The translations under genes and the position numbers were made by a program. Source: Dubosiella newyorkensis (GTDB lineage: Bacteria > Bacillota_I > Bacilli_A > Erysipelotrichales > Erysipelotrichaceae). From it: a DNA stretch of 32,000 nucleotides. Below, piece by piece: positions 8,877 through 17,315 of the stretch. The notes beneath the pieces were generated by a model, which had not been told where the DNA came from, searched no databases, and saw nothing but the letters and a program-made list of their open reading frames with translations. The stretch's first letter is position 1, and every line of letters starts with the position of its first letter. The stretch lies in assembly GCF_001945605.1 (NCBI RefSeq), contig NZ_MPKA01000058.1:39945-71944 (forward strand), written 5' to 3'.

Positions 8877-8903
8877 ATTGTAAATACAAGATGTATTTAC
8901 AAT
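8877..8903. repeat. Perfect 11-bp inverted repeat ATTGTAAATAC-aagat-GTATTTACAAT
   Basis: Read directly from the sequence: 8877-8887 is the reverse complement of 8893-8903. It could be an operator or an RNA hairpin. Confidence 0.6.
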
Positions 8904-8935
8904 GATTTACGGCTTTACCTACAAAAGAATGAAAT

Positions 8936-8970
8936 AAAAAGAAGGATTCAGCCGTATTCCTTCTTTTTTT
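8936..8970. terminator. Bidirectional rho-independent terminator (purB side and larB-operon side)
   Basis: Stem GAAGGA / TCCTTC (8941-8946 with 8958-8963), flanked by AAAAA on the left and TTTTTTT on the right. Confidence 0.65.
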
Positions 8971-9087
8971 ACAAATTTTTGCCTTGCGTGGATAAATGTA
9001 AAGCGAAAGAAATTATAGTGGAATAAACCCCCTATTCTACATAAATTTCTCGTATTCAAAATACATCTTTACATTTATTATTTGTGT

Positions 9088-9114
9088 GCGGTATCATTCG
9101 ATACCGCTTTTTTT
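9088..9114 (+). terminator. Strong plus-strand terminator embedded in the last codons of minus-strand larB
   Basis: 8-bp stem GCGGTATC / GATACCGC with a 4-nt loop ATTC, followed by TTTTTTT (9108-9114). On the minus strand no U-tract follows. Confidence 0.6.
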
Positions 9115-9771
9115 ATTGGCAAGCGAATTGATCGAATGAGCCATATAGCCGCCACCAAATCCATTATCGATATTCACGACGCTCACTCCATTCGAACAAG
9201 AATTCAACATTGACAAAAGGGCGGACAAACCATGAAAATTAGCGCCGTAGCCCACAGAAGTAGGAACCGCGATGATCGGAGCCTCCACTAAACCTCCAAT
9301 AACGCTCGCCAAAGCCCCTTCCATACCCGCGACCACAACTAAAACATTCGCATGCCGGATTTGATCGAGCTTTGAAAATAGACGATGGATCCCAGCCACG
9401 CCCACATCAGAGATCAAATCGACATCATTGCCTAGAAAACGGGCAATATCGACCGCCTCCATAGCTACTGGCAAATCGGAAGTGCCTGCGCACACGACAA
9501 CGATTTTGCCTGAGTTGATCAAAGTCTCGTCTTCTTTCCAGTAAAACGTTTTAGATAATTCGTTATATGTAAATTTAGGAAATATATTCTTTAAAACATT
9601 CGCTTTTTCTTGTGAAACTCTCGATATAAAGATCTCCTTTTGATCATGTTGAAACATATCATCAATGATGTGCTCGATCTGTTCCACATTTTTTCCTTCT
9701 CCATAAATAATTTCTGAAACACCTGTTCTTTTTTGGCGCTCATAATCGATCATAAATTCATCCACGATCAT
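9094..9771 (-). CDS. larB: Nickel-pincer cofactor biosynthesis protein LarB (PurE-like carboxylase/hydrolase)
   Basis: 225 aa. The AIR-carboxylase fold pattern VVCAGTSDLPVAMEA...VVVAGMEGALASVIGGLV..PIIAVPTSVGYG matches LarB-type proteins, as does the adjacency to larE. Confidence 0.85.
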   Translation of the reverse strand: MIVDEFMIDYERQKRTGVSEIIYGEGKNVEQIEHIIDDMFQHDQKEIFISRVSQEKANVLKNIFPKFTYNELSKTFYWKEDETLINSGKIVVVCAGTSDLPVAMEAVDIARFLGNDVDLISDVGVAGIHRLFSKLDQIRHANVLVVVAGMEGALASVIGGLVEAPIIAVPTSVGYGANFHGLSALLSMLNSCSNGVSVVNIDNGFGGGYMAHSINSLANKKSGIE

Positions 9772-10531
9772 ATCCTCCTTTTTTGAGTCCTTCTAAGTCA
9801 AAGGTCACATATCGGTATCCTAGCGCTTTGATTGCTTGGATCAATTTGGGTTCCATAATCACTCTCTCTATATTCTTTAGATCAGTTTCGATTCGAGCAA
9901 GCTCTCCATGATCGCGCAAACGAACATCCTCGATCCCGGCTTGATGTAGAAGATCCTCTCCAGATTCGACTTTTTTTAATAAAGCAGGATCAAGAAGACG
10001 TTCATAGTCGAATCGAGAAGCAAGACAAGCGTTGGCTGGACGAGACGCGGAAGTTAAACCATACTGCTTAGAATATGAACGGATCTCTTTTTTGCTCAAC
10101 CTTGACAAAGGAGAGACGATTCCTAATTCTTGGCATGCTTTTTGTCCAGGACGAAATTCTTTTTGATCATCTTGATTTTGACCATCTAAAACGACAAAAA
10201 AACCTCGCTTTTCACTTTCTTCTAGAACGGCTGCCATGATTTTCTTTTTACACGAATAACAACGATCTCGAGTATTGTGTTGAAAATCAGGGATGGAAAA
10301 TACATCCATATCTAAGACCAAATGATCTTGCGCTTTCATTTGGTCTAGCGCGCATTCCTGATCTCGATTGGGAACCATACAACCTTTTACAAAGATAGGT
10401 AAAACGTTTTCCTTACCTAACACCTCATTACAGATCGCTAAAAGAAAGTTTGAATCGCATCCGCCACTATACGCGATCGCAACCTTTTTATAGGCTGCGA
10501 TCGATTGTTTTAATTCATCAAGTTGATTCAT
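9758..10531 (-). CDS. larE: ATP-dependent sulfur transferase LarE (PP-loop ATP pyrophosphatase)
   Basis: 257 aa with the PP-loop AYSGGCDS and ACLASRF, which aligns with the L. plantarum sacrificial-Cys segment CSVSSRF. An additional CYSC pair gives three Cys in total. GGAGG lies 6 nt upstream, and the ATGA overlaps the upstream stop. Confidence 0.85.
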   Translation of the reverse strand: MNQLDELKQSIAAYKKVAIAYSGGCDSNFLLAICNEVLGKENVLPIFVKGCMVPNRDQECALDQMKAQDHLVLDMDVFSIPDFQHNTRDRCYSCKKKIMAAVLEESEKRGFFVVLDGQNQDDQKEFRPGQKACQELGIVSPLSRLSKKEIRSYSKQYGLTSASRPANACLASRFDYERLLDPALLKKVESGEDLLHQAGIEDVRLRDHGELARIETDLKNIERVIMEPKLIQAIKALGYRYVTFDLEGLKKGGYDRG

Positions 10532-11439
10532 TGAAGTCCTCCATTTTGAAATCCTTGGTAAAAAAGCTCGATCGTATCCGCCATTCTAGACCCGGGAAGC
10601 ACATTTTCCAATGAAACCGGCACAAAACGATTTTGTTGCACCGCCTCGAGCTGTGATAGAGCGGGATCCGATTTGATCGTTTCGATCTTCTCTTCCAAAG
10701 AAGGGACGTCGTAATCATGGATCACGATCACATCCACATCTCGATGCAGAATTTCTTCTGGACTGATCGTGATCCAAGCTCGATCTTGAAGATCATGAAA
10801 AATATTTCGTCCACCAGCTTTTTCGATGAGTCGTGATTCAAAATTCGAGCCACTCGCGCTTTTTACTCCTCCAGCTTCGCTATCGTAGACAAGAACGTTC
10901 ATAGGTTCCTTATTTTTTAGTTGATCCTCGATTTTTTGGATCCGATCCTTTTGATCTTGGATTAGAGCATCGGCTTTTTCCTCGATTTGAAATCGTTTCC
11001 CTAATTCTTCGATTTCCTCAAACTCTTCTTCGATTGTTTGTGCATCATTGATCATCGCCTTGATCCCAAATTGCTCCAACTCATCGAGTCGGATCCCTTC
11101 TTCTCCAAATTCCCAATCGATCCCATATATAAAATCCGCCCCACTGCCCATGACCGCTTCTCGAGTCGCACTTCCATACGTCAGCTGCGGAATCGAAGCA
11201 TACTCTTCTTTATAACGTTCTAAGGGACCTCGAGAATGATTGTTTAAAGTCGAGCCAATGACACGATCCTGTAATCCTAATGCACAAAATAGCTCTGTAC
11301 AATTCGGACCAAAAGTTAAAACGCGCTCTGGGATCGAGGATACGTCTTGATTTTGAACTGGAGAAGGCGCACATCCTGTGATCAATAAACCGAACACAAC
11401 ACTAAATTTTGTAAATTTACTCTTTAATCTCAAATTCAT
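10528..11439 (-). CDS. ABC transporter substrate-binding lipoprotein, iron-complex/cobalamin (cluster A, Peripla_BP_2-like) type
   Basis: 303 aa with the lipobox LITGC. The two-lobe binding protein has a long acidic connecting helix, typical of FecB/BtuF-type binding proteins. Confidence 0.8.
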   Translation of the reverse strand: MNLRLKSKFTKFSVVFGLLITGCAPSPVQNQDVSSIPERVLTFGPNCTELFCALGLQDRVIGSTLNNHSRGPLERYKEEYASIPQLTYGSATREAVMGSGADFIYGIDWEFGEEGIRLDELEQFGIKAMINDAQTIEEEFEEIEELGKRFQIEEKADALIQDQKDRIQKIEDQLKNKEPMNVLVYDSEAGGVKSASGSNFESRLIEKAGGRNIFHDLQDRAWITISPEEILHRDVDVIVIHDYDVPSLEEKIETIKSDPALSQLEAVQQNRFVPVSLENVLPGSRMADTIELFYQGFQNGGLQ

Positions 11440-12203
11440 ACATTCTCTCTTTCTTCTAAATAGATCACAGCTGGTTTTTTTGTTTGCGGATGAGGAACGA
11501 TCAAACTCGGAACATGAAAGATCTTTTGGATCATTTCTTGTGTGATCACCTCTTCCACGCTTCCTTCTTGTATGATCTTCCCTTCGTTCATCACATACAA
11601 TCGATCACAATACATGCTCGCAATATTCAAGTCATGGATCGCCGCGATTACTGTCTTGCCTAACGACTTGACAAGCTGAAAGACTTGGATCTGATAATAG
11701 ATATCTAAATGATTGGTCGGTTCGTCAAGAAGAAGGATCGGAGTATCTTGGGCAATCGCCCTTGCTAATAAAACACGCTGTTTCTCCCCACCAGAAAGAG
11801 CGGAAAAGCTTTTTTCACACAAGGACTCGATCCCAACTTGCTTGAGAGCGAATTCAATTTTGGCATTTCGAACTGGATCGTGCGAGCTTTCTCGATATGG
11901 AGTTCGTCCCATTTCGACCATCTCGTACACTGTATAATCGTAGGCGCATTCGTGATGCTGGCTCAAAACGCCCATCAAGAGGGCCGACTCTCGGTATGAA
12001 TATGTAGAAAGCTCTTTTTGCGCCAACACGATCGACCCTTCATCTGGTTCCAGTTCCCGATATAGGTTTTTTAAAAAAGTCGACTTTCCAGAACCATTTG
12101 GGCCGATCAAACCTATGAATTCACCTGAGCGGATCGTAATTGAAAGTTTTTTTAATCCATGTCCGCATGGATAGGTATAATCTAGATTCTTGACTTCGAT
12201 CAT
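11436..12203 (-). CDS. ABC transporter ATP-binding protein (FecE/BtuD-like)
   Basis: Walker A GPNGSGKST, signature LSGGEKQR, Walker B LLLDEPT, and an H-loop. Confidence 0.9.
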   Translation of the reverse strand: MIEVKNLDYTYPCGHGLKKLSITIRSGEFIGLIGPNGSGKSTFLKNLYRELEPDEGSIVLAQKELSTYSYRESALLMGVLSQHHECAYDYTVYEMVEMGRTPYRESSHDPVRNAKIEFALKQVGIESLCEKSFSALSGGEKQRVLLARAIAQDTPILLLDEPTNHLDIYYQIQVFQLVKSLGKTVIAAIHDLNIASMYCDRLYVMNEGKIIQEGSVEEVITQEMIQKIFHVPSLIVPHPQTKKPAVIYLEERENV

Positions 12204-13183
12204 TTGCTCCTCCGTTTTTTATGCTTAAGCATACCAATGAAGATGGGTCCTCCAATGATCGCTGTCAACACGCCGATCGGCACTTCTTCCGGAGCGAATA
12301 GACAACGAGCCAGTACATCGGTCCAAATAACCAAGATCGCTCCGATTAAAGCCGAAAACGGGAGTACATATTGATGTTTCGAGCCAACAAGCATTCGCGC
12401 AAAATGAGGGCACATCAATCCAACAAAGCCGATCGTGCCACTCAACGCGACACTCACCCCAGCTAATAAAGAGGCGATCACGATCAAAACGATCTGCATT
12501 TTCTTGACCGAGACACCAAGCGTTTTCGCTTGCGCTTCTCCCAAACTCATCAAATCAAGCTGACGATGAAATAAATATAAAAGCAGCATACAACCCATCA
12601 AAACGACCAAAGGCAGCCCTAAGTAATCCCATCTTGCGCCTGTTAGCGATCCAGACAACCAAAAAGTTGCGTTATGGAGTCCAAGTGCATTCGGAGCAAG
12701 CAGCGTGATCAAACGAGTCAACCCATCCATGATCATCGAGACCGCTACACCAGAAAGAAGAAGAGTCGATATTTGAACAGTCCCTTTGGATACGCTAATT
12801 GAAAATACGAGCAAGATCGCAGACATCGCTCCCATAAAGGCGCTCAGCGGCAAACGGAAGACCCCTAAAAAAGCGAAGACGTCAAAAAGAAGATCCAAAG
12901 TCGCAAAAGCGCCCGCTCCTGAGGAAATCCCTAATAAGAACGGATCGGCGAGTTCGTTTCGTACCAAAACTTGCATAACGACTCCGCAAACCGATAAAGA
13001 AGCGCCTATAAGCGCTCCTAGCAGAACTCGAGGAATCCGAAGCATGAAGATCAGATCATTGCTAGCTGGATGCAAGATGGATCTTAAAATATCTTGAAAG
13101 GAATATAGACTTGCGCCTAAGCACGGAGCGATCCATATAGAAGCCATACAAAGAACAAGAAGCAAGATTCCTCTTTTTTTCAT
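12200..13183 (-). CDS. ABC transporter permease, FecCD/BtuC family
   Basis: The ORF runs 12200-13213. The start is placed at the ATG at 13183 (MKKRGILLLV...) with AAGGAG 7 nt upstream. It is polytopic and has the FecCD C-terminal motif PIGVLTAIIGGPIFI. Confidence 0.85.
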   Translation of the reverse strand: MKKRGILLLVLCMASIWIAPCLGASLYSFQDILRSILHPASNDLIFMLRIPRVLLGALIGASLSVCGVVMQVLVRNELADPFLLGISSGAGAFATLDLLFDVFAFLGVFRLPLSAFMGAMSAILLVFSISVSKGTVQISTLLLSGVAVSMIMDGLTRLITLLAPNALGLHNATFWLSGSLTGARWDYLGLPLVVLMGCMLLLYLFHRQLDLMSLGEAQAKTLGVSVKKMQIVLIVIASLLAGVSVALSGTIGFVGLMCPHFARMLVGSKHQYVLPFSALIGAILVIWTDVLARCLFAPEEVPIGVLTAIIGGPIFIGMLKHKKRRSK

Positions 13184-13196
13184 AATTCTTCTCCTT

Positions 13197-13225
13197 AAAA
13201 AAAGAGTGATCATACACTCTTTTTA
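13197..13225 (-). terminator. Weak hairpin plus U-tract between ppk1 and the ABC operon
   Basis: 6-bp stem AGAGTG / CACTCT (13203-13208 with 13215-13220). The minus strand continues with a run of seven U residues that ends just upstream of the permease AAGGAG. Confidence 0.35.
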
Positions 13226-13257
13226 AATCTTATCATTAAAGTATAGTCTAGTGACAA

Positions 13258-15375
13258 CTATTTCTTTTTTAGGAAGCGACGCAACCAACTCGTAAACGTA
13301 GGACTGGTTTTTTCAGGAATATAATTTTGATTTTTCGCCCATTCGATCTCCTCTTCTTGTGAATCGTATCGGCCATTTTCTCCAACATCGATCGTTTTAT
13401 ACGTTCCATCGCTTTGCAACTCTCTTCGCTTGGTATTGTCTTTGAGAAGTCTTTGGTAATAATCGATCACTTCTTGTTTAAGCGCTGGATCCAAGATCGG
13501 AACAGCGACCTCGACTCGACGTTCCGTATTTCTAGACATAAAGTCAGCCGAAGCGATATAGACCTTGCATGCGTTGAGCGGACCAAAAATATAGATCCGG
13601 GAGTGTTCTAGGAATCGTCCTACGATCGAAAAGATCTTCACGTTTTCCGTATAACCAGGAACCTGCGGCAAAATACAGCAGATCCCTCGAACGATCAAAA
13701 TGATCTTTACACCGCTTTGACTCGCCTCAGAGATCTTTTGAATGATATCGATATCTGTGATGGAATTGATCTTAAACAACGCTTGGGCATCAAGTCCTTG
13801 TTTGGCACGTTCGATTTGTTCATCCAATTGTTCCATGACTGTTTTTTTCAAAGAAACTGGCGAAACGAGAAGGTTTTCATATTTACCGAAAACATTTGAC
13901 ATGAGCATATTCTGGAAAAAAGCGACCGCGTCTTGTCCAATTTCATTTCTTGCGCTCATATAACAATAATCGGTATATTGTCTCGCTGTCTTTTCATTAT
14001 AGTTCCCTGTTCCGATCTGGGTGATCCACCGAGTTTCGCGTTTTGTTTTGTAGGTGATCAAGCAGATCTTCGAATGTACTTTATATTGTTCGAAGCCATA
14101 GATCACATTGCATCCAGCTTCTTCAAGCCATTCGGCGGCTTTAATGTTGTTGTCTTCATCAAATCGAGCTCTTAGCTCCATAAGCACAGTGACTTCTTTC
14201 CCATTGTCCAAAGCGCGAATCAAATATTCGAGCACTTTGCTTGGCGAAGCCAGACGGTAGATCGTGATCTTGATCGAGACGACATTGGGATCCACAGCCG
14301 CTTCTTTTAGAAGTTTTAAGAAGATCCCGACATCTTGATATGGATAATTGAGCAAAATATCGTGATGCAGGATCTGTGGGATCAATGGACGGCTAGGATC
14401 GTAGCGCTTTGAGCCCTGCGATTCGAAAGGCGGATAGGTCAAAGTGGAACGGAGTGCGTCTGGCGCTTTCGCGATCAAAGAAAACACATATTTCAGATCC
14501 AATGGGATCTTTGAAAGAAAGACTTGCGACTTGCTGATGTTCAAGTGCTCGCATAAATAGTTCAAAGAGCTAGGATGGATATCCCGATAGATCTCTAAAC
14601 GTAAAGGGGCGAGCCTTGGACGTTTCTTCAATACTTTTTTTACATAGTTGCGATAGTCCTCATCCTCTGGCGATTCTTCGTTCAACGAGATATCCGCGTT
14701 TCGGGTGACTCGAATCGTCGTTTTATTGATCACACTCGATTGGGTAAAGATCCGGTCGACATTATGATAGATGACTTGTTCTAGGAGCAAAAAATTGTTT
14801 TCCATATCCGGGATCGGATAGATGCGTTCCAAATATACTGGGATCGGGATGATGCCATATTTTTTGACATCCTTTTCCATCAGTTCGATAAAGATATAAA
14901 GCTGTTTATTGTTCAAATGTGGAAATGGATGATGAAAATCCATGATCTGCGGGGATAGAAGCGGCAAGATCTCGTCTTCAAAGTATCGGGTAAAATATTT
15001 TTTTTGCTTTTTGCTCAATGATTTCCATGAGACATTCGACATTTGCAGATCGAGCATCGTTTTATTGAGCTCTTTGTAGATCGTATCGCGCATCGCATAT
15101 AATTCACGTGTTTGCTCATAGATCGCGGACAATTGTTCTTGAGAATTCATTCCCGTCCTCTGGTCGATCTTCTTGGGATCGTACAATTCCATATCTTTCA
15201 AAGAGCCCACACGCACCATAAAAAACTCATCGAGATTGCTCGTAAAGATCGCTAAAAATTTCAATCTCTCAAAGATAGGAACGCTAGGATCAGCGGCCTC
15301 TTCTAAGACGCGCTGGTTGAATCGAAGCCATGATAATTCTCGATTCTGCATATATGGATATAGGTGTTCCTGCAT
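13258..15375 (-). CDS. ppk1: Polyphosphate kinase 1
   Basis: 705 aa with the N-terminus NRELSWLRFNQRVLEEA and two PLD-like HxK regions (HSKICLI, FLEHSRIYIF). Confidence 0.95.
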   Translation of the reverse strand: MQEHLYPYMQNRELSWLRFNQRVLEEAADPSVPIFERLKFLAIFTSNLDEFFMVRVGSLKDMELYDPKKIDQRTGMNSQEQLSAIYEQTRELYAMRDTIYKELNKTMLDLQMSNVSWKSLSKKQKKYFTRYFEDEILPLLSPQIMDFHHPFPHLNNKQLYIFIELMEKDVKKYGIIPIPVYLERIYPIPDMENNFLLLEQVIYHNVDRIFTQSSVINKTTIRVTRNADISLNEESPEDEDYRNYVKKVLKKRPRLAPLRLEIYRDIHPSSLNYLCEHLNISKSQVFLSKIPLDLKYVFSLIAKAPDALRSTLTYPPFESQGSKRYDPSRPLIPQILHHDILLNYPYQDVGIFLKLLKEAAVDPNVVSIKITIYRLASPSKVLEYLIRALDNGKEVTVLMELRARFDEDNNIKAAEWLEEAGCNVIYGFEQYKVHSKICLITYKTKRETRWITQIGTGNYNEKTARQYTDYCYMSARNEIGQDAVAFFQNMLMSNVFGKYENLLVSPVSLKKTVMEQLDEQIERAKQGLDAQALFKINSITDIDIIQKISEASQSGVKIILIVRGICCILPQVPGYTENVKIFSIVGRFLEHSRIYIFGPLNACKVYIASADFMSRNTERRVEVAVPILDPALKQEVIDYYQRLLKDNTKRRELQSDGTYKTIDVGENGRYDSQEEEIEWAKNQNYIPEKTSPTFTSWLRRFLKKK

Positions 15376-15409
15376 AATAACTCACTCCAAATTCATTGAT
15401 TTCAATCTA

Positions 15410-15418
15410 ATTATAGCA
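15410..15418 (-). promoter_or_regulatory. Extended -10 element upstream of ppk1
   Basis: The minus strand reads TGCTATAAT. GGAGTGAG lies before the ATG at 15375. Confidence 0.4.
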
Positions 15419-15529
15419 TGCTTCTACAAAAATGCCTTTTGAATGAAACCGACAATTTAAACTTATTTGGTTACATTTTATGGAATATGTAATTTATTGT
15501 CACACTTACAGACACTGCTTTTTTTGGTC

Positions 15530-15538
15530 TGTTATAAT
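15530..15538 (+). promoter_or_regulatory. Extended -10 element upstream of the TetR gene
   Basis: TGTTATAAT, with a leader of about 60 nt running to GAAAGGGG and the ATG at 15605. Confidence 0.45.
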
Positions 15539-15604
15539 ATAGATATTGCACAGCACAGCAAAATTCGTCGTTTTACACTAGCACACTCATAGAAAGGGGT
15601 GCCA

Positions 15605-16159
15605 ATGGTTAAAAAGAAAAAATCCAGCCAGTTTCTTAGAAGTTGTATCTTTGAGGCACTCATGATTTTGCTGCAGCAAAAAAGATATGAAGAGATCACT
15701 GTTTCAGAGATTGCTAACAAAGCCGGCGTATCTCGAATGACCTATTATAGGACTTACTCTTCTAAAGAAGATATCGTGATCCAGCATTTTAAAGAAAAGC
15801 TTCAAGAGATCACAGAGATCGACCCGGCTATCGGAAAGAAACCTCGCATTGAATGGTATCGAGTTTTGTTAGAATTTGTTTATGAAGATCGCATGCTGAT
15901 CGAAAAGATCCTTGAAACCCCTGAACTTTCCAAGGCAAGCAATTCCTTCTTGTTTGAAACGGTCCAAAAGTTTACGCGGAAATACGATCACGCCGATGTC
16001 GATGATCCTAAAACGCTTTATGAGCTCACCTATAAAACAGGAAGTTTGACGTCTTTGATTTCACGATGGGTCCGCAACGGATGCAAAGAATCTGTAGATC
16101 AAATCTTAGATTGGATCCGAATCTACGAAAACGATCCTTGTCTAACTATGCATGATTAA
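15605..16159 (+). CDS. TetR/AcrR family transcriptional regulator
   Basis: N-terminal HTH ITVSEIANKAGVSRMTYYRTYSSKEDIV. The ATG at 15605 is preferred over the GTG at 15599 on Shine-Dalgarno spacing. Confidence 0.85.
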   Translation: MVKKKKSSQFLRSCIFEALMILLQQKRYEEITVSEIANKAGVSRMTYYRTYSSKEDIVIQHFKEKLQEITEIDPAIGKKPRIEWYRVLLEFVYEDRMLIEKILETPELSKASNSFLFETVQKFTRKYDHADVDDPKTLYELTYKTGSLTSLISRWVRNGCKESVDQILDWIRIYENDPCLTMHD

Positions 16160-16180
16160 GACCGGAAACGGTCTTTTTTT
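16158..16180 (+). terminator. Rho-independent terminator of the TetR gene
   Basis: GACCG-gaaa-CGGTC, extended by A-T pairs and followed by TTTTTTT. Confidence 0.75.
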
Positions 16181-16621
16181 ATCGGTTTCTCCAATATGGC
16201 AAATTTCTTAAATAATCAGAATAATATTTTCTCGACTCCTCTTCATCCATCCCTTCTCTTGGCAGATTCAATACAAGAAAATCAAGCATCTGCTCAAAAT
16301 CTTGATACACAAAATTCCCATTGTCCAAACACCATTGACAATACCTAGAATCTATTTCTCCTTCATTCGTTTTAGACATGATCGAATATTCGAGCGGGAT
16401 TCCACAATACTCGCAATATCGAATTTCTTTGGATTTCAAAAGCGCATCCACACTCACTCCAAAATATGCGATAAGTTCAACAACAAATCAGGATCCGGTA
16501 TCGTTTCATCATTTTCCCAGCGAGAGATCGCCTGTCTAGTGATACATAGTTTTTCCGCTAAGCTATTTTGACTTAATAAAGAAACTTCGCGAAGTGATTT
16601 TATCATTGTTCCAGTGCTCAT
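16179..16621 (-). pseudogene. XRE-family HTH / zinc-ribbon regulator split by a 1-nt frameshift
   Basis: A 55-codon ORF (16454-16621; GAGGA Shine-Dalgarno; MSTGTMIKSLREVSLLSQNSLAEKLCITRQAISRWENDETIPDPDLLL...) encodes an HTH_3 domain. The canonical end of that domain (ELIAYFGVSVDALL) is read in the -1 frame, which continues as the 92-aa zinc-ribbon ORF (CEYCG...CQWC). That second ORF has no ATG or Shine-Dalgarno sequence of its own. The total span of 443 nt is one short of a multiple of 3. Confidence 0.6.
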
Positions 16622-16659
16622 AGTTTTTCCTCATCCCTATGTTTTCAGTATGCCCATAC

Positions 16660-16692
16660 AAAAAAAAAAGAAACAAGCAACTGTTTGTTTCC
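16660..16692 (-). terminator. Rho-independent terminator ending the long minus-strand operon
   Basis: Stem GAAACAA / TTGTTTC with an 8-nt loop, followed on the minus strand by ten U residues (the A-run at 16660-16669). Confidence 0.75.
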
Positions 16693-16694
16693 TC

Positions 16695-17315
16695 TTAGAG
16701 CAGCGGAAGATGAAGATTCTTAAACTCTTTCATCCTCTCGTCATAATCATCCAACCGCAAATATAAACGCTCATAAAATGCCTTTGAATGATTCGCTTCT
16801 TCAAGATGCGTCAATTCATGAACATAGATCGCCTCTCTTGCTTTTTTTGAAACGAAAGCGAGCTTAATATTCAACGCAATGATGTTTTTCATAGGCGTGC
16901 AGCTTCCCCACTTCGATCGATAGTGACCAAAACGAAGCTCGACATAAGGAAAACCAAATTTTTTTCGTGTCTCCTCAAATTCTTGGCGCAGTCTTGGTCG
17001 AGCAAAATGCGCTATAAACGAAAGCCAGCTTTGCGGATCATAAAAAAGAGTGTCGTCCTTGATCCAGCTTTGATCCGCAAAACAGACATGATACGATCGA
17101 TCGAACAAGAAGACCGTATCTCCTTCTTTAACTTTCGATTCTCTCTTTTCTTGGATCCAGGAAGCGTTTGCCTGTAGAAAGGCTTCGATCGTTTTTTCAT
17201 CGACAAACAACGGAACGCTTAAGAAAAAACGGCCCTCTTTATACGAGAGGACCATTCTTTTATTCCGCTTGCTGGAAACGATCTTTAGATCAGGACAAAT
17301 CGGAAATGATTTCAT
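16695..17315 (-). CDS. YgjP-like metal-dependent hydrolase (DUF45 / M48-like, HExxH)
   Basis: 206 aa with HELTHL in IYVHELTHLEEANHSKAFY and a WGSC motif, the DUF45/YgjP pattern. The start overlaps mrp by 26 nt and is uncertain. Confidence 0.75.
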   Translation of the reverse strand: MKSFPICPDLKIVSSKRNKRMVLSYKEGRFFLSVPLFVDEKTIEAFLQANASWIQEKRESKVKEGDTVFLFDRSYHVCFADQSWIKDDTLFYDPQSWLSFIAHFARPRLRQEFEETRKKFGFPYVELRFGHYRSKWGSCTPMKNIIALNIKLAFVSKKAREAIYVHELTHLEEANHSKAFYERLYLRLDDYDERMKEFKNLHLPLL

